Source: Lama guanicoe (lineage: Eukaryota). From it: 64,000 nt of DNA. Position numbers and translations under genes: made by a program. Within the stretch, counting starts at the first letter, position 1; each line of letters starts with the position of its first letter. The stretch is from the NCBI GenBank assembly GCA_013239625.1, contig MU055549.1, positions 6,823,693 to 6,887,692 of the forward strand. Direction: 5' to 3'. This document shows, in pieces, positions 1 to 10,171 of the stretch. Below the pieces are notes generated by a model that was not told the origin of the DNA, ran no database searches, and worked only from the letters and a program-made list of their open reading frames with translations.

Positions 1-660
1 ACTCCCCCTTCCCTGTCCCCCAGCTACACCGCTCCTTCCCTCTCTGGAAGAACGCCTGTTGCCAATTGCTTGTTTATTCTCCTAGAGATAGTCCATTCAT
101 CTGCAAGCACATCTAAATATATGTAATTTGGTTAAAAAATTTATATTTTTTTGCAAAGGATTTTAAAATGTACACAGTTCTCACCTCTGTTTTTAGCCAC
201 CTGCTTCATCTCCCTGAAGACCATTGATGTTAAGTTTCTTTTATATCCTTCCAGAGACTTCTATAGTATTACTACATTTATTTAGTTTTACCCAATAGGA
301 GCTTACTGTGTCCACTGTCTGTCTTTGCTTTTTCCACTTAACAGTAGACTGGAAGATGGTATCGTTTTGGTACATACACTGGATAGTCTTTGGGAAAGCT
401 GCATTTTGTCCTTTGTATGGCTGTCTGGGCGTCTGTTGTCCTGTCCTTACTTAGGCACTAAAGTTGCTTTCCGTCTTAGCTGTGCCGAAGGTGCGCGTTT
501 TTTTGCACACGAGCAGGACTGTCTGTGGGGCAGATTCATTGGGCATTTGAAGTTCACACAGTTCGAGGGGAGAGCTGCCAGGGTGACAGTAGAATGGCAC
601 AGAGACGTTTGCGCCAGTTATTTTTTTGGCTTGCTCTCTGCAGAAGTTGACTTGTTCCTC
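1..660 (-). mobile_element. Ancient L1 (L1ME-like) 3' fragments
   Basis: Degenerate antisense L1M phrases (atatccttccagaga, tgctttttccacttaaca, gggcatttgaagtt). Boundaries approximate. Confidence 0.5.
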
Positions 661-3600
661 TTTGTGAAAGGCAAGCACCTTTTAAATTGGGTTCTGCTGA
701 GAGCTTTGGAGAGAAACTGTTTTGCTCTGTTGCTGCCCCCTGTCACTGACCCCTCTGCAAAAGGGGACCCACTGTGGGCTCGAGAAATGCCAGTCACCCA
801 GGGGCGTGGTCAGCATTGCTCAGAGGGACGCCCCTTGGGCACCTGTGCCAGGCCTCCTCCCACGCACGGCGGCCGGGCAAGGCCAGCGCAGGGGCCGAGA
901 AGCAGCCTGCCCCGTCTTCTGGGGCCTGGTGGACCTGGGTGCCACTTCCGGACACTTGCCAGGCTTTGTGCTTCATAAACATCATGGTTCTAGTAAATGT
1001 TTTGTTGGTTTATTAATGATTTGTGTGAACAAGAATCTGCTTAGGAAGAGAACCCTCCGAGAGGTGAGAGGGGGAGACCCTAGCAGAGCTTTGCACCCAC
1101 CCCACACAGGTTGTGATGCCTGTTGTGGAAGTGTCAAAGGCCCAGTTATGTTATCATGTTGTTTGTCTTTTAAAATGTACTCTGTCTTGTAGTGCACTTT
1201 ATTTTACTTTTTATTTTACTGATGCATTAGTTAATAATTCTTCCTTCCTTGGGCAGAGAGCCTGTGGCTTACATGTTTTTGTCTTCAGCGCCTGCCATCA
1301 TCCCTGCAGGCAGGAAGTAATCACTGGATGCTGGCTTGTTGAATGAATGAGCACAACTCTTGTCCCATCAGGCTTTTCAGGGATGCCAGCCTGCTGTTGA
1401 CCCTTCACGCAGAGCACCTCAAACTTGGCTTTGGTGTCCAAATACTGACCTTTGACCAGTACCTGTTACATTTCATCCATTCTGATCTTGTCCCCTTACT
1501 CTGCTTTTTTAATAAAACTTTATTATTGTTACTTATAACTCTGAGATGGTTGATGATTGGTGTCCCCTCCCCTGGGCTCACCCCTGGCTGAAGAGTCAAG
1601 TGCTACTCGTTTTTCGTGAGCCTTTCTGCTCTTGTACGTTTGACAGCTTCTCCAGATGAGCCTCTTGACCAGGTGAGTCCCCTTCGACAGGAGGCGAAGG
1701 CCAGCCCGCGGGTGGATTTGGGAGGTGCTCTGAGGCCTGGCTGTAGAGATGCTCTGCTGACTTAGTGAAATGAGCTTCCTGAGAGCAAGACAAGCCTGTA
1801 CCAAAACCCGGTTCTGACGGCTCCACGGGGGACTATGATAATAACAGGACAGCAGCGGCCGCCGCGGGCATGTTTAATGGTATTTCAGGGTCTTGGGTGT
1901 GTTGTGGACAAACGGTGGAGTGAACCTGTTTCTTCTGGGGCTTGGGCCATTTCTGATGAGGAAGATGCATTCTCACTTGTGAAAGTTGGGCTCCCTCTCT
2001 CTCAAGGCTCTTTGAGTCTTGCTTAGAGCTGTCAGGATACCCAGGGACGGCTCTGGAAGAGTTCAGCAGGGCTCTTACCTTTCCTTTAAGCTGGGTGAAT
2101 CTGGCTGGCCGTGTCATTTCCTCTTTAGCCCCCTCGAGGTCTTTGCTCTGAGCAGCAGGAGGCCCGGGGTTGTCATATCCAGAGTGCTTAGAAGGAAGTG
2201 GAGATGGTTTGCAAATGAGGCGCCCCTCCCTTCTCCCGCCTCCACGCCCTGCCAAAAAATAAAGCAGGCGCCCAAGACACAATAAGCAGCTGCTCCCCCA
2301 AGCTCCTTCTGTTCATCCCATGGCCAGTTCTAAGTAATTCAGAGCAGAATCCCTGGGCTTCACTTTGAATTAGGACCTCAGGGAAGCCCTGCTTACAGGA
2401 GCCTCTTTCTCTTCCTAAAGAATCAGCAGTCTGGGGCTGTTGTGGGCCTTCTGCAGACAGATGGCTGTTGTTACACATACAGTGGCTGCCTCGCCACGGC
2501 GCTGCCACTGATGGCCAGAGTCCTCTTTGTAGAGTGTCCTGCCCATTGGAAGCCCCCTGAGAAGTACCAGAGAGGTGGCTTTGCGAACTTGACTGAGGGG
2601 TGCCGTGGGGTTCGGGTGCGCCTGCTGTTATGACAGACCTGTCTGGTGGCAGAGTGCCTCTGAAGAGCTGTGTGTTGGCAGACGACCGCGTTCTTGAACG
2701 TGTGGCAGAGCTCGCAGTGGGAAGGGGGTGGGGTGGGGGGAGAAGCCTAATGTAGCTTGGTTAGCCTGTCTGGTGCACCTCTACACCAGACACTGTAAGA
2801 CAGGTTGGGAGAAACGACTCAGCTGGATCAGGAGGGTGAAGTCGTCCTGGTGTGTGAGCTGAGGTCAGCCAGGGTGTGACTTCTGAGTGAGTGGCAGATG
2901 GGAAACCTGGTTCTCCTGTCCCTAACCGTTCCTGCAGAGCTCTTGTCCCCTCCTGCGTCACCTCCAGTGTGCCAGTGTGATGCTGTTTGGGGCCACCAGC
3001 CTCCAGGCCCCTGAGATAAAGAGATGGCTGCCCTCCCAGCTGTGTCCCAGGTGCCAGCTGCCGAGAGATTATGTCCCCTCTGTGTGGCGGCCTGGGGGTT
3101 CGCTGAGATCAGCCCTGGTCTGGGGTCCGGGGAGGGGGGTTAGAACAGCAACGCTTCTCCTGCCCGAGGAGCTTCCGGATCCAGCTGGCGTGGTGGGCGT
3201 GTAGCCTGGGCTGGGGGTGGATCGTCTTGCAGGAGGAAGAGGAGGTCACTGTCTGTGGGCCCAAAAAGTCCATAAACATTTTGGAAAGGAAGAGGATATT
3301 CTTGTTTCAGGAGGGAGGAGGTGAAGGTGTGAAACCTGGCGAGTGACTAACTTGCCGGCCTTCCAAGAAACTCCTGAATTCAGAATGTTGTTTACGTCGC
3401 CGAAAGACACCAAGGTGCCCCTGTGTGCTTGAGGAATGAGCTGGGAAGATGCACTTGCACAAACACCCCCATATGCCTCCAGAGATATGTAAGGGGGGGC
3501 AACCCCACCTCCCCGACCCCGGAACCCAGGTGTTACCTGTCCCCAGAGAACAGCAGGGTGGCTTCCTGCTCCCCGCTCGGCTGTACAGAGGTCACAGCTA

Positions 3601-3825
3601 AGGCTCCCGGTGCAGCGACTGACAATTTAGCCTTTGCCGGCATCCGTTTCCTGGGACCTTGAACTCTGCAGGTCTGGCTGAGCAGGACCGGGAAGCCTGG
3701 CAGACACACGGCCACCAGAGCAGCTGCCCCAGGACGGGCGTCCTCAGCTCTCCTCATCCTCTCTGACCGCACACGTCGCCTTCAGGTCGTCTTCAGCTCT
3801 GTCACCGAGTCTCAGGCTCAGTCGA

Positions 3826-4050
3826 GTTCCCATTTGCAGGTCACAGGTGAGGACACTGAGGCTGGGAGAGGCAGCCCCACCTGGCCTGAGCCTGCAGCCG
3901 GTGTGTGGCTGCCCGTGGACGCTCAGGCAGAGCCCGTCTGGCCTGGCCTTCCACTTGTCAGGTGAGGGAACCGGGGCCCAGAGACGGGAAGTGACTTGTC
4001 AGACGGGCCAGAACTGCTCAGGGCAGAGCCAGGGCCACAACCCGTGTTTC
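3826..4050 (-). mobile_element. MIR SINE fragments (duplicated at ~10190-10390)
   Basis: cccatttgcag...aggtgaggacactgaggct and aggtgagggaaccggggcccagagacgggaagtgacttgtc resemble the antisense MIR core. Confidence 0.65.
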
Positions 4051-5079
4051 CTGAGTCCTCCTCTCTGCACACAGGCCACCCTGCCTCTTTTCATTTTTGT
4101 TTTTTCTTTAACCCCTCTTCTCTTTGGGGTTTGAATCATGTTTTGATTAAACTCACTGTGCTGTAAGTAGGTCTGACTGAAGGACACGTCATGGGCGTCT
4201 TAGGCTAAGTGGCTTAGCCTTTCAGTAGATTATCTCTGGGGCCCTGCCGTGTCTCCCGTCCTCTGTTCTCTGCCCTCCTCTCCCTCGCCCTGGTTTGGAG
4301 AAGGCGGCGTCTAGTCTGTGCTCAGTAAGTACCGGTCCTCCTCCCCTCCCTACCCCCGTCCTTCGTTTCCTTCCTTTTGCGTTGGCTCAGCAAGTTCTCG
4401 TCCGTGGTGCGCTCTTCTTTCGGAGTCTTTGGAGGGTGAAAACGACGGGGACGGTAGCGAGAATTGCGGGAGTGCTGATAGGAACCTCGCCTGTCAGTTA
4501 CTTCTCGTTGATAAATGAGCTCTTGACAAGTCTTGCGTGCAGTTGGCTTCAGTTTCAAGAAGCAACACAGGCTGTCTCGTTCCCATGTTCGGATTTGTTT
4601 TGGCTCTGGGTCTCAGCACTTCCATGTCCCTGAATAATGTCCTTCCTCCCTCTCCTCTTGAAATGTTATTTGCTTAAAGAAACAGAAGACCCCTCCGACA
4701 CTGTGAGAGTGACTGTGTGAAGTCCCAGGGCACAGAGTCCCAGTTGGGTTCAGCAGCTCATTTTACTGTTTTGTTTTGTTTCCCTCCATTAAGAACGTCT
4801 TATAAGGGAGCCTGGGCCACTTTGTTCAGCCCAGGGCACAGGGTGGGTCCCTTTCTAGCCAGGTAATGTGACTGCCAGTCCTTCCCTGAGTGTGGGCCTG
4901 ACCTGAAGGTCTAGTCCAGGGAACGTCTGTTTGTCCCAGTTACTGAAGAAAACACCGCCCAGGATGCACCTTACTCGGGGTGGGGGCCAGCGGGTGGGGT
5001 GAGCGCACCTCCTCTAAGCACAGCAGGGGCTTTATTCTTACAGCAAGAAGGTATTGCACCCTCCAGAGTCCGATGCAGC

Positions 5080-6400
5080 CACGCGTCAGCTGTGTGACTT
5101 TAACCAGGTCGTGTGCCTCTCTGAGCCTAGTTTCCTCACTTGTCACACACAAACGGGAACCCGAGCGAGCCTGAGGCTCAGTAATGGATTTGACTGTCCA
5201 GCAGCCACACCTGGTGCTTGGAGGATGACAGGCTCATTCCCTGCCCACTCCCAGCAGCTCTTGCTGGAGCTGTGGAGACATGATCTCTTAGCCAGTTTGC
5301 AAGCACTTAACAAGGGCCTGCTGTCTGCTGGAAACTGTGCTCACCTCAGGACTTAAGTACCTCTAGGCACCTCTTAAGGTGCCCCACCTTACTGTCTTGA
5401 CTCCCTTAACTTCCCTACTTAACTGTGAGTATTTGATTGCTCAGTTAAACTGACCAAACGCTGAAGCACAGATGCTAGATTTGCAACGCACCCCTTCTCT
5501 CCAAGCTGCCCCTGCGGCACCTCGGGCCACACCTCAACCTCCTGGACATAACACTGCACTTGGGGTTCCACAGGCGGGGAGTGGGGAGGCGAGACGGTGG
5601 GAGTGAAACATAACGTTGCTGCTTTCCGTCCCTAAGGGTGAGGGTGGGCAGCCAGGCACCATGTGAGAAGTGCCTTCCAGGAAAGCCAGGGTGCTCCCAG
5701 GCCCGGGGGAGAGGCACTGGCTTCTTACTACATCAGCCAGAATCTGCGTCCATCGGCCCCCGTCTCCCTGGGCCTAGGCCTCCCGCTGCCCCTCCACTGT
5801 GGCCCACCCTGCTCTTCTCTGCAAGTCCACTCCCAGGGCGTTCACGGGGAGCCCTCCACACGTGTAGTCTGGGTGTGGACCTGCCTCAGTCCTCTGGTCA
5901 CTGTCTGTTCCCTGAGTCAATGACAAAAACGGGGACGAGCACTGGACTCGAGGTCCAGAAGTCATGCTTCCATTCCCAGCTCGGCCCGGACGAGCTGCGG
6001 CACCCTGGATGAGCTGTTTAACTGTGCTCTGCGTCATGATAGGATAGCAGTTATCTTTGTTCTGCCCACCTCGAGTGGAAAGTTAAGGTTGGTAAGACGG
6101 GGCACTTTAAGAAGTGCCTGGAGGTACTGAAGTCCTCAGGTGAGCACAGTTCCCAGCAGAGCTTAGCCGCTTGCAAACTGGCTAACAGATCGTGTCTTCA
6201 CAGCTCCAGCAGGAGCTGCTGGGCGGGGGCAGGGAACGTGCTTGTGAATCCTACAAGCACCTCACTAGGGTGTGGCTGCTGGACAGTCAAGTCCATTACT
6301 GAGTCTCAGGCTCACTTGGGATCTCGTTTGTGTGTGACAGGTGAGGAAACTAGGCTCGCAGGGGAGAATGGCCTCGCTAAAGCCACACAGCTGATGTGTG
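5080..6400. repeat. Diverged long inverted repeat: arms ~5080-5415 and ~6075-6400, spacer ~660 bp
   Basis: The reverse complement of 6075-6400 aligns to 5080-5415, e.g. ctcagtaatggatttgactgtccagcagccacac versus gtgtggctgctggacagtcaagtccattactgag. Roughly 80% identity by eye, with a few indels. Confidence 0.92.
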
Positions 6401-6434
6401 TAAGATCCTTATGACGAAGTTTACAGATCCTGGA

Positions 6435-6620
6435 GTAGAAGCGTTAGTGGTTAAGACAGAGACTTTGGGACTCAGCAGATGTGGCCTGAGCCCTCGTTCT
6501 ACCCTTCACAGCTGGGTGACCTTGGGCCTGGGCCTCCGCTGCCCCCCTGTAAAGCGGAAAAACATTCACAGGGATGCTCTGAGGATACGGTCAGCACAGG
6601 GCCTGGCACTGTTGCTGTGA
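6435..6620 (+). mobile_element. MIR SINE (duplicated at ~12776-12961)
   Basis: tagtggttaagacagagactttggga...agctgggtgaccttggg...ctgtaaa...tgaggat...cacagggcctggcac follows the order of the MIR consensus. Confidence 0.7.
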
Positions 6621-7944
6621 CTGGTCTTTCATTCATGCTTGTTATAAGGTGGACTCCGTGTCACCTGTTACTTCTGCAAATAAGAAGAAGATACTAGGAA
6701 AATGGTGAACAAAAATGTATTATTTCTTTTTCTGGGTACTGCCTCTCTTCTGGAGTTTCCCTAAATCAGTAGGGTTTGGTACTGAGCATGTCCATGGTGT
6801 TCAACTACTGACTTCTAAGAGGTTTCATTTGTCTGTTTCTCTGTCGGTGTATTGAAGGTGGTGAAGGCAGAGCCGTCTTTTTTTGGTGAACTTTTAGTAG
6901 GACCTGAAGACTTGGGAACCTGGGCTGAGGGTGTTAGTTTAAATGTTCCACTGCAGTCTGGGAAACACATTCTCTGGGCATGTCCTCTTATTGAAACTCC
7001 AGACTCTCTTTCCAATATCAACTCGGTCTGGGAAAGTATGGGCTCTTGATAAAGTTCCTAGGCAGCGTTTAACTTTTATCCTTTAAACTCAGATGACTTA
7101 GCTGTACAAACAGCAAGCAAAAGGCGTCCCCAGGCAGATTAAATTGCCTTTTCTTGGCAGATAGGAACCTTGACTCCCGACCACAGGGTTCCTCTCTCCT
7201 CCCCTCCCTTCTCTGGGTTTGTCACAGGACCTGGCAGGACGCAGCATGACCCACCGAGAGATGCACTTCCCCAAATGTTCAGTCAGTTTGCTCCTAGATC
7301 CTGCCCACAGATTGCATCGGTCACACCAACAGCTGAAGTTATGAAAGTTTCAAAGTGCATACGGCCTTCCCGAAGACCTTGTAGGATTGCTGTTTCCCTC
7401 CCATTTCCTTTGCTTAATGGGAGGGGGAAATGGAAGCTCTGAAAGGAATGGCTTGCTCGCGCCATCAGGAAAATCACTGTCAGTGGCCAAGGTTATGTTT
7501 AGGTTTTGCTCTGGGTCCTGCGTTTGGGGTGATGAGATGTTCTTCTGCTATAAAACTAACTTGTACAAGTAGTAAACACAGGATAAGGATATTAAAAGGA
7601 GGAAACGTTTAATTGCCGGGGCAATTTCCAGTGTGGTCAGTTTCTTTTTAAGGGGTAGCTCTTCCAGATGCAATACAGAAGCGTTTGGTAAATTCCTATA
7701 ATCTTCTTAAGAGTTATATAGAATTTTAGACTTTACAACACTTTTCTGCATATATAAAGTCATTTAGCGTGCACCAGGCAGGTTTCCCATTTGCCAGAAA
7801 CTAAGAGTCTCGACCACAGTGATATCAGACAGCTGGGTTCAAGGGTAGCAGATGAATGAAGGCACATTGGAGATGGCAGAGCAAGAACAAGATAGGAAGG
7901 ACTCGTGTGAGAAAGTTGTCCCCTGTCCCTGCAGTGGTCTGAGG

Positions 7945-8130
7945 AAGCAGACCTGGGTTCAGATCTTGCCCTCACCCCTGCTAGCTGTAGGATCTTGGGC
8001 AAATGCTTGATTTATTTTCTTGGAGCCTCAGTCTTCTCATCTGGAAAATGGGAATACTACTGACGACAATGTGTGCTCGCAGGAATTGGAGAGATGAAAT
8101 GAGAAGAGCCCATAGTTGGTGCTCAGGGAG
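7945..8130 (+). mobile_element. MIR SINE (duplicated at ~14286-14471)
   Basis: agacctgggttcagatc...ctagctgtaggatcttgggcaa...gcctcagtcttctcatctggaaaatgggaata. Confidence 0.75.
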
Positions 8131-9169
8131 GTGGGAGGTGGAGGCTGGGAGTGCAGCTGGGTGGAGGCTCGAGGGGGCGGAGTGCCAGGGGGTGGATGGA
8201 GGCCTTTTGCTGACTGCGGGCAGTGTCACTTGGCACCCCTCAACCATCTGTCTGGGCCCTCCCACCCTGCAGGCCTGGCTCTGGGCACAGTGCTGAGACG
8301 CTCATGCTGTCATTGGGCAGACATACCCTTGGGGTAAGGACTGCGGCTGTGGACAGGGCCCTCTACCACCACGTCTGCACCCTGCACCCAGGGGCTGTGA
8401 AGGTGTCAGGGGGTTAGGGTCACTGGTCAGTAGAAAGTCTGACTTTGCCTTTTGCTCTTCCAGTGGAAGTCCTAGCGAGGATGAGCCACTGAGTGGAGGC
8501 TCCTGGGTCACAGCCGGGGAGCGTGTGTCCCCTGAATAGGCTGGACACCTGCTGAGGGGAGACCCTTGCCGAGCCCTCGTCCAGCAGACACCCGGCACCC
8601 AGATGTGTGTGGAGGCCTAGCGGGGACCCTCTGTCTGCCGTGAGCGCTGAGCAGGGAGTCTCAGTGGAGAGGTGGGAGGTAAATTCGAGGACCGGGAAGT
8701 GACAAGATTTAAACAGACGCCAGGGAGACTGCCGTTGTGGAGGGATGATGTTGGCAGGCAGAGATGCTGAGCACAGTGGCTACTTGTGTAAAGGGGAGTG
8801 GACGCTGGTGTCTGGGGCCTCCTGTGTGCTAAGCTCTTTGTACACATTTTCTTACTGACGTCTCCCAGCAGTCCCCAGAGCGAAGGTGTTCTCTCTGTCA
8901 TTTTAAAGATGAGGAAGCCAAAGTCAGGTGACTTTCAAAGTGACATTGAAGCTGCCCAATGCCTTCGGACGTGTCCTCGCCCCACCTTGCATATGGGCTT
9001 GTGGGTACAGACAGTGGCTTGAGGGCTTTTAAAAATAAATTGTATATGTGTGTGCGGTACAGTTCACTCTTCGGTGTTTAGTTCTGTTGAGTTTTGACAA
9101 ATGCGTAGATGGAGTGTGCTTCTTAAATTCAAAATTTTTACACAGAAATTTTTTTCTGTTTCTTTAATT

Positions 9170-9318
9170 TTGTATCTATATAAGATGACAGACTAAACTT
9201 ACTGTGGTCATCATTTCATGATGTATGTAAGTCAGATTGTTACGCTGTACACCTTGAACTGATACAGTAAACTTGAACTTATGTCTCAGTAAAACTGGAA
9301 GAAAAATTAAAAGAAAAT
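9170..9318 (+). mobile_element. L1MA-type 3' end (duplicated at ~15511-15659)
   Basis: taaacttactgtggtcatcatttcatgatgtatgtaagtcagattgttacgctgtacaccttgaact...tatgtctcagtaaaactggaagaaaaa, followed by an A-rich tail. Confidence 0.75.
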
Positions 9319-9319
9319 T

Positions 9320-9930
9320 TGAGGTTGTTATAAATTCACACAAACATAGTGGTTGTAAGAAATAATAGAAATCCTGTGTACCGTTTACTCAGGGTCCCTC
9401 AACAGTAACATGTTGCAAAACCGTAGTGCGAATGACAAGCAGGAAATTGACACTGATGCAGATACAGAACATTTCCATCTCCTCGCGGCTCCCTGCTGCT
9501 GCCTTTCCCTAACCACGCCCTCCTCCCTCCCACTCCCGTACCCCCATCCCAACCCCCCAGCCACTACTCGTCTCGTCTTCCTTTCTATAATTTTGTCACT
9601 TCAAAAACGCCATGTAAATGGAACAATGCAATAATTAACCTTTAGGGATTGGGATTTTTCGCTCAGCATAATTCCTTGGAGATGCATCCAAGTAGGTACC
9701 AACCGTTCATCCCTTTCTACTGCTGAGGAGTGTTCCATGGTGTGCTTGTTCCGCAATTTGTTTAGCCAGTCATCCGTTGAGGGACATCTGGGTTGTTTCC
9801 TGGTTTTGGCTGTTATGGATAAAGCTGTTATGAACATTCATGTGCAGGTTTTTGTGTGAACATAAGTTTGCGCTGCTCTGGGATGAATGCCAAGGCGTGC
9901 GCTTGCTGGGCTGTACGGTAGTTGCTTGTG
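9320..9930 (-). mobile_element. Ancient L1 (L1MB/MC-like) 3' region (duplicated at ~15661-16271)
   Basis: Antisense L1 motifs (catccgttgagggacatctgggttgtttcctggttttggctgttatggataaagctgttatgaacattc). The minus-strand ORF 9601..9837 (MFITALSITAKTRKQPRCPSTDDWLNKL) resembles the L1 ORF2 C-terminus. Confidence 0.85.
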
Positions 9931-10171
9931 GGGCTTTGAGGGATGTGTTTGGGATGGAGAAGCAGGGTTGGGGGTCTTGCTGCAGAGGGCCTGGGTGGGA
10001 CGTACAGGCCTGGGGGCTCCTCCCTGACATCCTGGGTGGGCTGCTTCACCTGCCTGTGAAATGGGGATAATTGAACCTGTCATGTAACTCATGCATATAA
10101 AGGTATACAGTAGGTGCTCAGTAGATGGAAACAGTTGTTAATATGAGTTACGAGAAGACCCACCAGGCCAA

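Larger units (their letters stand above)
3810..10170 (+). repeat. Tandem segmental duplication, copy 1 (6361 bp)
   Basis: Sequence from tctcaggctcagtcgagtt (3810) to caccaggcca (10170) recurs directly downstream. The ORF track repeats with a constant offset of 6341. Confidence 0.97.

Noticed and set aside
325-978. 217-aa ORF, and other long ORFs such as 23638..24345, 27174..27866 and 20360..20956 (-)
   Set aside because: No recognisable domains. Their Pro/Gly/Arg/Ser-rich composition is typical of chance ORFs in GC-rich intron, several start at non-ATG codons, and 325..978 overlaps an L1 relic.
1647-1680. Perfect donor CAG|GTGAGT at 1672/1673 with nearby upstream AGs, a possible 5' UTR micro-exon
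   Set aside because: An isolated consensus site is expected by chance in 64 kb, and nothing else supports an exon.
2719-2740. G-quadruplex-like G-runs (also ~50265-50285)
   Set aside because: Common in GC-rich mammalian introns, with no positional argument for function.
4202-4220. Short hairpins and palindromes (aggctaag-tgg-cttagcct; also aattgcc-gg-ggcaatt at ~7611)
   Set aside because: Stems of 7-8 bp occur by chance at this sequence length.
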